Source: Felis catus (Eukaryota). Taken from it: DNA of 64,000 nt. A program made the position numbers and the translations under genes. The stretch's first letter is position 1. Every line of letters begins with the position of its first letter. Below are positions 48,791 through 60,643 of this stretch, piece by piece. The stretch spans positions 134,480,001-134,544,000 of the forward strand of contig NC_058368.1 of NCBI RefSeq assembly GCF_018350175.1, given 5' to 3'. Under the pieces are notes generated by a model. The model made no database searches. It saw nothing but the letters and a program-made list of their open reading frames with translations, and was not told where the DNA came from.

Positions 48791-49600
48791 TGCCTGAAAC
48801 ACAAAGAAAATAAAAAGATGCTCAATCTCATTCATAATAAGTGAAATGCAAATTAACACTTAGATAGCATTTAATACTTAACAAGCTTAAGGGAAAATAC
48901 CCCAAACAGCATGTTGTGTTGGTGAGACTGTTGGGAAGAAGGTACTGTAATACACTGCAGATGGAAGTGCAAAATTGAAATAACCCAAATAACCTTGAGG
49001 GGGGAAGATTTAGCAAATTTATCAAAATTACAGATGCCTTTGCTCTTCGCTTCAGAAATCTCACTGCTGAGATTCTTGCCTACAGATTCCCTTGTACACA
49101 TGCAAAATGATATATAGAGAAGATTATTCGTTGTGGCAGTGTTTGCAATAGCAAAAGGTAGGAAATCACACAAGTGACCCCAATAGGGTATTTGGTTGAG
49201 TAAAGTATTATACATTCTCAGAATGTAGTAACATGCAACCATTAAAAAGAGAGAGAGACAGAGAGACAGAGAGACAGAGAGAGACAGAGAGACAGAAGGA
49301 GAGAACGAAACAGATTACAGTGTTCTGTGTGAAGATGATGAGTCCTCTTCAGGGCATAAATGTTAAGGATCCAAGGGACAGAATGGCTATGTAGTGTGCT
49401 TTGTTTGTATAAGAAAGTAGAATGATAAGAACTTAAATATGTATTTGCTTATAATTAAAACAAATATTTTGGAACACAGCTCTTTCTGGTGAGTTATTTT
49501 TTGGCAGTATAAACAAATATTTACTAAAACGATTATTATAGAGGATGGAAGAAAATGGGGTAGAGGGTATATATTTTTAGTGGGATATATTCTGTGTGCA
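48470..49600 (+). mobile_element. Old L1ME-like 3' region
   Basis: aaaaagatgctcaatctcattcataataagtgaaatgcaaattaa; ttattcgttgtggcagtgtttgcaatagcaaaa. Confidence 0.8.
48741..48787. repeat. (CA)n microsatellite
   Basis: Perfect CA run, ~23 units. Confidence 0.98.
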
Positions 49601-49614
49601 AAAACCACAACTGA

Positions 49615-50095
49615 TTTTTTTTTATTTCCTTTATTTCACCCATCCCACCACCCACCTTCCCTCTGGCAATTACTTTTTTTGTTCTCTGTATTTAAAAGGC
49701 AGTTTGTTTGTCTCTTTTTTTCCTGTTTGTTTTGTTTTGTTTTCTTAAATTCCACGTAGGCGTGAGATCATAGAGGATTTGTCTTTCTCTGACTTATTTT
49801 ATTTAGTATTATGCTCTCTAGATCCTTCCATGCTCTTGCAAATGGCAAGATTTCATTCTTTTTTATGACTGAGTAATATTTCATTATATATGTATACCAC
49901 ATCTTCTTTATCCATTCCTCTATTGACGGACGCTTGAGTTGTTTCCATATTTCGGCCACTGTAAATAATGCTGCAGATAAAGGATGCATATATCTTTTCC
50001 AATTAGTGTTTTTGTGTTCTTTGGTTAAACACCCAGAAGTGGAATTACTGCATCATGTGGTAATTCTATTTTTAATTTTTTGAGGAACCTCTATA
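49615..50095 (-). mobile_element. L1 (carnivore/L1MA-like) 3' fragment
   Basis: Minus ORF 49768-49989 gives ORF2 C-terminal peptide (EEWIKKMWYTYIMKYYSVIKKNEILPFA). Confidence 0.9.
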
Positions 50096-50099
50096 CCAC

Positions 50100-51260
50100 A
50101 AATAAATTGCAAACTACATTCAAAAGTTTTATTTTAGTCGCACTGGTATTACTCTTTTGAAATTATTTTCTTTATGTTCTTTTCTATGAAATAATTATAT
50201 TAATTATACATTATACATAATATATATCATATATTATTATAATTATAACAATATAATATTATTATATTAATGTTAGAATTAAAATTTTCTAGTGTGGAAG
50301 AAAATTTTAGTTATAAAATCAAAGAAGTTAAATAAAACCAATATAATATTAAAAATAAGTTGGAAAAATCAGTATGAACTAGTATTTTTTTTAAAGTTAT
50401 TTATTATCTAGCGCTGAAAATGCCTAGAAAGAAGGTCGCATTGTGAGCATACACACTCCTCATGCCCAGTGTTTGGTTTTTAATATCTTTGGCCCCTATC
50501 AAAAATGCTAAGATTCTTTAAGAAATAGCTGATTTCTCAATTAGAACAAGGAAGGTATAGGGTCATGAGCAATCAAACTTTTCATGGATTATTTGGATTC
50601 TATCAAATGACCCAGAATCCAGCTTATTGAGTTTCCAACTGGCCAAAGATATGACAATTTAAGCATCAGAAAGAATAGTATTTGTACTGACACCGAATAT
50701 TTGAAAATGCATCCATCTATAAGAATGCTCACACGAATGGGGTGCCTGGATGGCTCAGTTGGTTGGGCATCCGACTTTGGCTCAGGTCATGATCTCACAG
50801 TCCATGAATTCAAGCCCTGCATTGGGCTCTGTGAGGACAGCTTGTAACCTGGAGCCTGCTTCAGATTCTGTGTCTTCCTCTCTTTCTGCCCCTCCCCTGC
50901 TCTTGCTCTCTTACTCTCTCTCTCTCTCAAATATAAATAAACATTAAAAAAAAAAAGAATGCTCACAAGAAAGGCGAAAAACATATTGGTCACCATTTGA
51001 GGGGACTATTGAACTGATTCAACTTTGACAACTAGTAATTTGAAAGGAGAAAATGAAGCATTTATCCTGTTTTTCCAGGAGAAATTGTGTTTCAAGTTTA
51101 CCACATAGTTCTAATTGATAGCTGAGAGAGCTCTACTTTATAGAAGAATGGCAGTTGATATATGTGAAAAGAATAGATTTAGGAAATGTCATTCTACAAC
51201 TACAAAAGAAATTTTTGATGCAGGTAGGTAAATAATTACTTTTCAGTAAAGATTTTTTTT
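50100..51260 (+). mobile_element. Old L1MC-like 3' UTR remnants
   Basis: tttccaactggccaaagatatgacaatttaagcatc; aaaatgaagcatttatcctg. Confidence 0.6.
50739..50954 (+). mobile_element. Can-SINE
   Basis: TSD aagaatgctcaca at 50721-50733 and 50955-50967. Confidence 0.95.
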
Positions 51261-51417
51261 TGTTTTGTTTTCCAACTGCCATCATGTCCCAAAAGTTGGG
51301 ATCATCAGGTGAATGGTTGATGAGGTACTGGACGTTGGTGTGGTGCCCACCAAATGCCCCACACTACTCACAGGAGAGAACCTAGCAATGGAAGAATCAG
51401 AATGTTACTGATGCTCA

Positions 51418-51621
51418 GGGCACCTGGGTGGCTCAGTTGTTTAAGTGTCCTGATCTTGATTTTGGCTCAGGTCATGATCTCACAGTTGTGGGATTGAGCC
51501 CACATTGAGCTCTGTGCTGGATGTGAAGCCTGCTTAAGATTCTCTCTCCCTCTCCATCTGCTCCTCCCCTACTTGTGCATGTGCTTACTCATTCTCTCTC
51601 TCTCTCTCTGTCTCAAAAAAA
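51418..51621 (+). mobile_element. Can-SINE (older subfamily)
   Basis: Perfect 17-bp TSD aatgttactgatgctca at 51401-51417 and 51622-51638. Confidence 0.95.
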
Positions 51622-52245
51622 AATGTTACTGATGCTCAATTTAGCTTTGTGAATGGTGGGGCAATCCATTTGCTATGCAATATGAATAAATTATGTTTCA
51701 TGAAATGCACTGTGTCCCTAAATCTAGTAAATTCCCTCCTGTTTAGAGGCAATATGGGAGATAGAGGGCTAAACTAAATGATGTCTTCCAAAACCAGTCA
51801 GAGGAACTGTGAAGAAGTGACAGGTTGACAGATGAGAGCAGAGGTAGAATGGAGACTTTTCCATCTACCATGTCATGGAGCTGTGTAACTTATTATCTAC
51901 TGAAAAATAGGCTCAATCCATCAAACACTTAAAAAGAAGTGATTAAATGTGTCATCATTTCTTGTTAAATATGAACTTAAGATTAATGAAATAGAAAAAT
52001 TATTCCTACTACAGTCAGCTAAAGTTCTGATGCTATTTACTCTGCCATTTGTGAAAAGAGAGTCACTAATCCATAAAAACGTGGTCTTTCCACCTTCCAT
52101 GCTGTCTCGAAGTGAAGTTTATATAACCTAGCTCTAGTCCTCAATGGCTGAGTGAAGAATGGCCTCTTTCATAGATACATTAGTCATGTTCCTCCTCTTC
52201 CTCCTACATAATCCCCCATTCCATAAGGACCTAACCCTGCCAGAT

Positions 52246-52248
<3 letters not shown>

Positions 52249-52296
<48 letters not shown>
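52249..52296. repeat. (CA)n microsatellite
   Basis: Perfect CA run, ~24 units. Confidence 0.98.
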
Positions 52297-52300
<4 letters not shown>

Positions 52301-53230
52301 AGGGGTAGAATGAGAAATTCCATTCTAGTTGGCTAAGGAGAATATCAGAAGGCATGGGGTTTAGATACTGATGCTTAGAAAGGACATAGCTTTTCTCAAC
52401 AGCACTTTAAGTTGCCCAGATCTGCTCTTGCAACAACAAAGTTTTGGTAGATCTTTCCTTCCCTTTACAGCAGTTAGAAGGCCTTTAGGAAGTGAGGTTA
52501 TCCACACACAGAACTTAGGGAAAATTGCAAAGGGAAGGTGTACCTATAAATGTGAAGACTGCCTTGGCCTTCTCTCCAGAACCTCAGACTCTGACTGCCA
52601 ATTCTCAGTGCTTATGCTTCTGTGCACATGTCAAGGGAATTAGATGGACCCATCCTTATGGTTTTCTCTTCTTGCACATGGCACAGATTTAAATTTTAAG
52701 TCATTAAATAGGAGTGACAGTTTCTCACTTCAATGCCAGGTAAGGGTCCTCAAAGTTCCTAGGAAAATGGCAGTAAGTGATCTTATTTGTTAAGATTCTT
52801 ACAAAGGTATTAATGGCCTCAGGAGCAGCTCCAAGAGACAGAAACAAATGGATGAATTTCAAACTAGCTTTCTTGGGAGGAAGATCCTTCTTGGGCTATC
52901 ACTGGGATCTCAGAGCAGAGGGCTGGGTTGGTGAGGGGTCAGAAATTATTGATATCAGTAGGGCTCTAAATTGTCCAGGAATTCAATTCAAAATCTGATT
53001 GATATCTGACCTGACCAATCACGACTAGCCCCAAACACCATGCTTATAGTAGAGACAAGGAAATCAGGAAGCCAAAGAACATCTGGGCAAAAAGTTTTGA
53101 AGAAACCCCAAGTGAAAGGCCACAGAAGTGAGCAGTTGCAAAAAAAAAAAAAAAAAAAAGAGGGGTAGAACTCAGAAGACAAAGTCTGGGGAGATTTTAA
53201 GGGTGTCAAGGCAATGTCAAGATGGACAGC

Positions 53231-53650
53231 TTTATTTCACATTTATTTCACAAATATTTGAGTATCTTTTAAGTGTTAGGTACCATGCTGGGTGCTAGGG
53301 ATACAATGGTGGGGAAAAGCAGGTACATTTTTAGCCTTAATGGAGCTACTAGAGAAAAAGGACAGACATTAAATAATATCCCAAGCATCAAAATCACAAC
53401 TGTGCTAAGTGCTACATAGGAGAGGTACTCAGTGCTATGATAGTATATAGTGGGGAGATTTGTCTTGGTCAACAAGATCAGAGAAGATTTCTTGAAGGAG
53501 TGACACTCAAGATGAATTTTGAAGTGGAGGTGGGATAAAATTCAAAGCAGCTGGAATAGCATATGCAAAAATTCAGAGGCAAGAAGAGTGTGGCTACTTA
53601 AGGAACAGAAGGAAGGCCAGAGCGTGGGAGAGACTGGTGCAAGATAAGAG
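53231..53650 (-). mobile_element. L2 3' region
   Basis: cacaaatatttgagtatc...taggtaccatgctgggtgctagggatacaatggtg. Confidence 0.85.
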
Positions 53651-55419
53651 TCATCTTTCCCTTGCTGAGAATGATGGTTCTTTACTTGGTAATGAAACTG
53701 GCTGTTTTCCAGACATTTCCTCAATATGTGCTAGTCCGGAGACTGCATGACAAAGCCTGTATATGAGGGTAGAATGCCCATGACCTATGGCTAACAAATT
53801 GAAGGGTGTACTTGTCAACCATCCAGCAGATTAACTGGACCTTACTTTGTGCGAGGTGCTGACCTAGGAGCTAGTGCTTGAAGCTGTTCCTATTTCTCCA
53901 GGAGTTACAAGTTTTGACTGGCCTGCCAACTTGTGTATTCTAACCGATCAGTTAATTTTAAGACAGTATGCACCAGAAAAAGGAAGCCCTCTTGAAACCA
54001 GAACCAGCGTATGTTACCAAAAATTCTGGAATACAGTCTGGCCAAGGTGTTTCCTTCATATTCCTCAACATAGATCCATGAGAAAGTACAACCCAACTGA
54101 AAAAGAGAACCCAGGTCTTTCTGCCTTATATCCATTAATCAATAGAACATGACTTCAGTCAGATTCTCAAGTTTTCTCGCAAGTGGTAGTTTTGGACCTT
54201 TAAATCCATGGTGGGAATACTGGGGATGCTTCATCCTCCTGACGGTAGTGTTAAGAATAAGCTCTTTAAAAGGTTTTTGTTTCTCCCTATTTTGCCTTTT
54301 ATTCCAAGGCCATAAGAGTCTGGGCTCCAAAATGGTCAGTCTTGGAGAAATTCCAGCTTGGTAATAGTTTATCAATATCACATGCAGGACCTGAGTAAAA
54401 CAGGTGTGTGGCAGATGTAATTTCAACTCAAAAGAGATAAACCATGATTGTGCCCTGTTTCTGTTTGCCTTGTTATTGGTAAATTTCTTAAATAAATTGG
54501 ATTAGTACTGTTGCCCGCCTTAACAAATAAGAAGACAGACACTCTTGAGGTAGGTTGGCTTTGGTATGCAGCCTGCCAGCCTCCCCCTTTTTATCTCCAT
54601 CCATGGAACACTGACATAGGGTTTTTAGAAAATCCCGGAGTCTCTCAAATTTCCACATGAACCATCTAAAGGAGACCTGGTTTGCGTGGCAAAATCAGTC
54701 TTCTTTTTTCCTGCACATTTATCTTTGGGTATATCTTATCAAATCATTACTCAGTATTATATTGTAGACTCTGTATTAATGGTGGTTCTCTGTCTGCATT
54801 AATCTGGGATATTAATACCACTAACTCTTGGTTTCTTCATTGTATGATACAATTGAACAAGGACTAGGGGACATAACTTGACGCTAGGTCTCTAAAAGGG
54901 ACCAAATGTGATGTAAAATAGTCCTGTTCTAGCATCTTAAAGTTTATTGAAAAAGACAAATTAATGCACACAAACCCAATTCAGGGGCCATATTCTGTTA
55001 GTTAGGACCTTCCTATTCTTAAAGATTTTCATTGCACTTACCTTGAGGCTTCCCAGCAAAGTTTATTTCTTTATCTTTCTCTCTGTCTCCGTATTCCTGC
55101 AATTTGAGTTCTGTCCCTGTACCATCACCAGACGTAAAGCTCTGCCCCTTCAAAGTCAAAGGTTGACCTTCATGTTTTGAGTTTAGTAACTTCACAAAAG
55201 ATTGAGGAGGGATTACATCATGAGGTCTTACATATTTTGACTTCTCACTGCTAGACCCTCCTCACCTTCCTAACCTTTTATGTTTCTTTCCTTCAGTCTC
55301 CGAAGTAACCAGAATATTCTTTCCCCTTCTCACACAGTCGTTCACAGAACAGTATAGATATTCTAGCATAAAAGGTAAGGGAGGTGATGAGTCTGTTACT
55401 TCAGGAATGCAGGGAATAG

Positions 55420-56275
55420 GATTTACTTGTCTTGGATCCCCCTGAAGCAGACCTGAGAAAAAGAAGCTTTTTCTTTAGAATGTCATCCCAGGAAACAGGG
55501 ATAAACATGAAGAAGTGGGACAGGAAAAGGAAGGAAGTCAATGGGAGCTTAATTGTGCCAAGGAAGCTAGTACTGAAGGAAATTTTTCAAAAGGGAAAAT
55601 CATGCCTCTCATGCAAATGTAAAATGAATATACATCAAAGGTTTTGTCTAACTCGTCAATTATTAAGGAAATCGGTAAGATGTTTCGAGTTCAAATGAAA
55701 ATTTGACTTGTTCTCTGCTGGGAGAATCCATTGATTTTGTCATGAGCAGGAAACATTTGCTTCACCATCAATGCTGTAGAAGTTCACTTCTGTCTCTATG
55801 GACAGATAGAATATCTAGTCAAAGACAATCCAAGGAGCACACCCTTATGGAGTAGACCAAGCCCTAAGGGTCACCAGACCACACCTAGCATTCCTTTGAA
55901 AAAACATCCAATTATCTCTTTGCTCCTTTCAGAATCTTTCACAATTTTTCCTCACCGCGGTGTAAAACATGCCTCAGAGTTGTCCTACCTGAATGGCAAG
56001 GAAGCTGGTGTATTTATGCATTGATTCCAGTTTGGCATTGATGGAGGAGTTTTAACACCCTGGCCTTTCCTTCCAGTTTGCTCTGTGCAGGGGCCAAGCA
56101 CAGTCTCCTGACCATAAAAAATTTAAAAAAAAAATTAAAAAAAAAGGAGAAGAAGAAAAAAAAAGCCCTCAGGCAGAGTCACAAGTGTTGGCAGGAAGCA
56201 GGCCTCTGTGTGTAGAGGTGAATGCCAAGGGGAATTGGAAAGGAGAGGGAGAGTAGAGGAGGTGCCAACAGTGCC
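55420..56275 (-). mobile_element. ERVL LTR remnant (LTR16/LTR33-like), probably interrupted by another element at ~55570-55950
   Basis: cttggatccccctgaagcagacctgaga; gcctcagagttgtcctacctga...aaggaagctggtgtatttat; agccctcaggcagag. Confidence 0.55.
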
Positions 56276-56299
56276 TGTTCTTTGTATTTATTGGTTGAT

Positions 56300-56458
56300 T
56301 TGTTGCTTTGTTTTTTTTCACATTTCCCACCAGAATGTAAGTTCCCTGAGGCCAGAAAATTTCTGTCTTATTTTTCACTACCTCCCCAACACTTAGCTTA
56401 CTGTCCAGCATACAGGTAGGCGATCAGTATATATTTGATGAATGTTGTTGAATAAACA
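56300..56458 (+). mobile_element. L2 3' terminus
   Basis: cccaccagaatgtaagttccctgaggccag...caggtaggcgatcagtatatatttgatgaatg. Confidence 0.8.
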
Positions 56459-57782
56459 TGGGCCCCGTGTTGGGCCTTGAAGGCAGGTTGCAGTCCAGCT
56501 TCAGAGGAAGGGAGTTTGCAGAGTCCGAGCTTCCTCTGAAGTTCCAGCTTCAGAGGAAGGGAGTCCGAAGAGACTCACACAGTCAGGCTTTGTGTAGTGT
56601 CCTTGGAACCAGTTACTCGCTCCATAGCCAACCTCCACCCCACCCCAAGTCTTGTTCATATTAAGAACAGAAGAACACAAAGTACAGACTCTGCTTTCAA
56701 CATACTTGACCAATAACACAATCTTGTACCTTCCACCCACTGTTGACGACTATACATTTGAAATGGTTATGTTCACACACAGTAAGGCCTTACATACACT
56801 TTCCAAGACTAAGAGCACGGAGAGTAGGAAATAGCAGAGGGACATTATCTGCCGAGCCCGTCTGGACAGATATTGGGAAGGTCTATAAAAAAAGTTAAAT
56901 TCCTGGTAGGCATCACTGAACAGACCCAAGAGATATACTGGTTTTATTAAGTGGCCAGATGGCCTTCCAGAGTAGCCAGAAGAGCAGACAGACCCCAGAT
57001 GACAAATGATGAGGGGCCCTCCCTATGGGCATTTTTTTGAGACAACGTGTTGACATTAGGTATGGAATAAATCCATAACTGTACTGTTCATGCAAATTCT
57101 CAAGAAAAGCAGGTGCTAGTCACTGACCTTACCCAAATGAAATTTTGCCAGAGAAAATAACCCAACTCTATTTTAAATTCAGTTTTAGCAGGCATCTTCC
57201 CCACCCCCCATACACACGCAAAAATAATTCAAAACAAAATTTCAAACAAAAAACAACGTGGGGAAAGTAACTTGAAAATTTCCCTTCATTTGAAATGGTT
57301 GACAGATGTCTTACAGAAATTTGGAGTATCGTCTGGCTGCTTAGAATCTACTCATTTTAGATGGATTGCTCATGAAAACGTCACCATTGTCAGCTTGTGG
57401 AGGAACATGAAAAAAACCTGGATGCATACATGCATTTTTATTGGTGTTAATACTGTGTACCTGTGACATTAAATGGTTTAGAAATCCACAAAGAACATTG
57501 TAGATTGCACGGGTTTTAGTCCTCAGAAGAAACTTTAGCATTTACCCCTCATAATCTAAATGTTCTTCATGTGTACATATGTGTGTGTGTGTGTTTTAAT
57601 AGACATCCTGGATTTTCCAGGAAGAGATGCCTCTGAGAACCTAAACATGTTTTCTCCAGCTAAGTATCCCATAGAAGACCATGAGATATCCACAGGGGGA
57701 CAAAGATGGCAATGGGTAGGCTGTCCCGTCCCTTCTTATTGGTCAAGAGTTTACGTTTTAGGATGACTTAAAAATAATCCAG

Positions 57783-57836
57783 TTGTTCACTGAAGTAATT
57801 TTTGTTCATTAAAGTAAATTTTGTTCACTAAAGTAA
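57783..57836. repeat. 19-bp tandem repeat, ~2.8 copies
   Basis: ttgttcactgaagtaattt / ttgttcattaaagtaaatt / ttgttcactaaagtaa. Confidence 0.9.
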
Positions 57837-60009
57837 CTGCTGCATAACTAGCTGTGGACATTTTGGGTGCTGTAAAGAAAAGGTTTTTTTTTCCCTTCAT
57901 GGATTTTAGATATGGTGGAGAACAGTGGATAGATTAAGAACATCCTTGACAAAACGCTCAGCAATTAATGTCCAAAACTGCAGAGAAACATTTGTAGTGG
58001 AGCACATATGCTAACGTAAATTTAAAAAATATGTGAAGTAAGTACAAGGGGATTGAGAGATAATTATGGAAATTTGAAGGAAGCCAGCAATCCATCACTT
58101 GTCAACAAGAGCTTCTGGGGTATCTGCCACATGCCTAGGACTGTACTAGATGCACACGAAAATGTTTTAAATATAATTTCTGCCCTGAGAGCCCCCCGGA
58201 CTGTCGTGAGGACGCAACCCTGCATAGGTGGCAAAATTAGCGAGCGACTCCCATACACAATTAAGAAGGAAAAAGTCATCGGGATAGAGAAGGGAGGTTT
58301 CCTAGAGAAAGCATGTTTAGGGCGGTCTTGATTAGGATGCAAAGAACTAGGTTTCACTCTGGCGACTTCTACCCAAGAGATTACTTTACTCAGAGGCAAA
58401 ACCACATCAATTTGCCTCAGACTGTTGCCTGTCCTCAAAATCAAACTTCTTAACCTATTGAGAGAGTTGTGTGATGGAAGTAATGGTAGCAGTGTCCAGC
58501 ATGTAGTGGGAAAAGTGGGAAAGCACATGGAAAATGGAAAATGCTGTCAGAGTGTTCATTCAACAATGATCACCATTCCAAGGGAAGAAGCCGGAAATAG
58601 AGTCTCTGTCACCATGTCCTCTTTCTGAATAAGCACTGCCCATCAGCGGACATGAGGAATCTATTCCTTAAATCCCTCCTTGGAAGACCATTTCTTTCTC
58701 TACTCTTTACCCTCGATGTGACAAACTGTGCACCAACAGCTTCTATTCAGGACCCAAATATCCAGAAGGTGGGGATTTTCTCTCTCTCCAGGTCTAAGTG
58801 GGAAGAAGCCTGCTCTGGAAATTCGAGAACAAGATCTGGTTAATAGTCATTCTGATTGCAGGGGCATCTACATTGGTGAAAATGACCCTAGAATGGTGGT
58901 TGATGTGAAACACACACGGAATTTCTGTAACATACCCGGGACACAGGAGACAAGTCGGACATGTTACAAAGCTTCCCCTGCAACCAAGGGAACTGAGCAC
59001 AGTGGACCCAGTGCATGTTACCATGCAGCTTCTGGGTGTGACACTCTCAGCATCATGAGTGACAAATGGCAGGGACTGACTCCATGTCGTCTAAGAGCAA
59101 CAGGATGGCAGCACTAACAGGAGAAGCCAGCACCTGGCTTCTATTTCTGACTTTGCCGCAGACACCCTGGCAGTTTGTCCAGAAACTGTAAAGCCGTGGG
59201 TTTTAAATTGTTGGGAAAAGTGACCCTTGTGGCTTTCTTTGCCTGTGGGAACAGAGAGATAATTTCACCGCTTCTTTTTCTTCCTTCTGAAATCGTCATC
59301 ACTGTCTTCTCTTCCTGTTCCGAATTTGACCAGGTAGTGCTTTTCATATAATCTGCAGTTGGAGACGATAACTACCACTTTCACTTTTCTCCCTCTTCAC
59401 AAAAAGGTTAGATCAGTGGTTGGATCGTGCCTGGATCTAAAGATCCCATGAGTAGGTTCTGCTTGGAGTGTGGATATTTATCTAACAGAAAATGTTCCCT
59501 TTGAGAACAAACATCCTCTCCACTAATAACAGCTCATTAAGAGCGAAGCTAATTTAATTCTATAGAAAATTAATAGGATTTTAGAAAAGTAGATGATTCA
59601 TAGTTAAGGCACCAAGTTGAATGCACCAGTGTCATTCAAGATACGTGGATACACAGGAAGAAATTCTAGCATAATTAAAAATGTTAGAGTATAGCATTCC
59701 TGGACTTCCAGGAAGTCCAGAATAAAGGACCTCTATTCAGCATATATGTTTTAAAAAAATAATACAGTCAGGAGCAAGCCCTAGCAATCCTTTATAAAGT
59801 CCCTTGCTGATGTAAACAAGCAAGCCAGATTTGCAATAGATTGCAAGAGACTTCACATAGGATCTCTGGCACGGGAGACCTTGATAAACTGCCCGGAGAA
59901 AAAAAAGAACAGACGTGGAGACTGGCTTGTAAAAATTAACTCCTCCTGTGCTCACCCCTGACGTGTGCAGAGGGAAGGATCTGGATTAGGTTTGGAGGGT
60001 AGCTCCCTA

Positions 60010-60190
60010 GGGAGAAATGAACATGAGACTAGGAGTGAGAAGTCCTGGATACAATTTGCTTAAAGCCACAGAGGCACGTTTTCCTCATGTGTAAAACGGG
60101 GCTAATAATATTCCTGTTTGCAGATCTCACAGGTTTGCTGTATGGAATAAGGAAGCTCAAGAATTTGAGTGCTTGGAAAGACATTAGGTT
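60010..60190 (+). mobile_element. MIR
   Basis: ttttcctcatgtgtaaaacggggctaataata...ctcacaggtttgctgt. Confidence 0.78.
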
Positions 60191-60643
60191 CTTTCCAAAC
60201 AGTTAACATTCTTACTGAGGTGAGCGAGAAGGACTGTGGAAAAATCGGTTGTTAGAGCTGAGTGAAAGTTTGAAGACCCCAGGAAAAGGATACCGGTTAC
60301 ACCAGGATAAGTCCAGCAGCGGCATTTCAGCGGAAGAGTCTGTGATCTGCCCTGGGTAGTCGGCGATCTCAGGTTTATGTTGGGTGGTGGCACTTCGGCC
60401 TTCTTGGCACAGTGCGCCAGGACACGGGTCAGCCAGGTATTGGCCCCGTGTGTGCTGTGTCCAGTAGTCCCATTTCCTGTGAGGTCACCATACACGCTGC
60501 TTTCTCCTCTGCTTTCCTGCCCTTCCTGAGTGCATGACTGCAAATGGGGCTAAGATGTCCCAGTTGTCACCTCATGCAGGTAGACGGGCCAGCAGAGCCT
60601 CCACCTGCCACTGGAGAGCCCACCCCTAACTTTGCTCCAGTTA

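Noticed and set aside
189..50996. Recurring ORFs of the type MAQSVK.PTSAQV...SLEP.SDSVSPSLSAPP and their antisense versions
   Set aside because: Translations of Can-SINE copies, not a protein family
56494..57836. Short direct repeats as a possible CRISPR-like array
   Set aside because: Only 2-3 copies each, no regular unique spacers, no cas genes, mammalian context
58064..59117. 154-aa (-) and 129-aa (+) ORFs
   Set aside because: No recognisable homology; the first partly overlaps an L2-like remnant, and the second is supported only by an isolated acceptor at 58791
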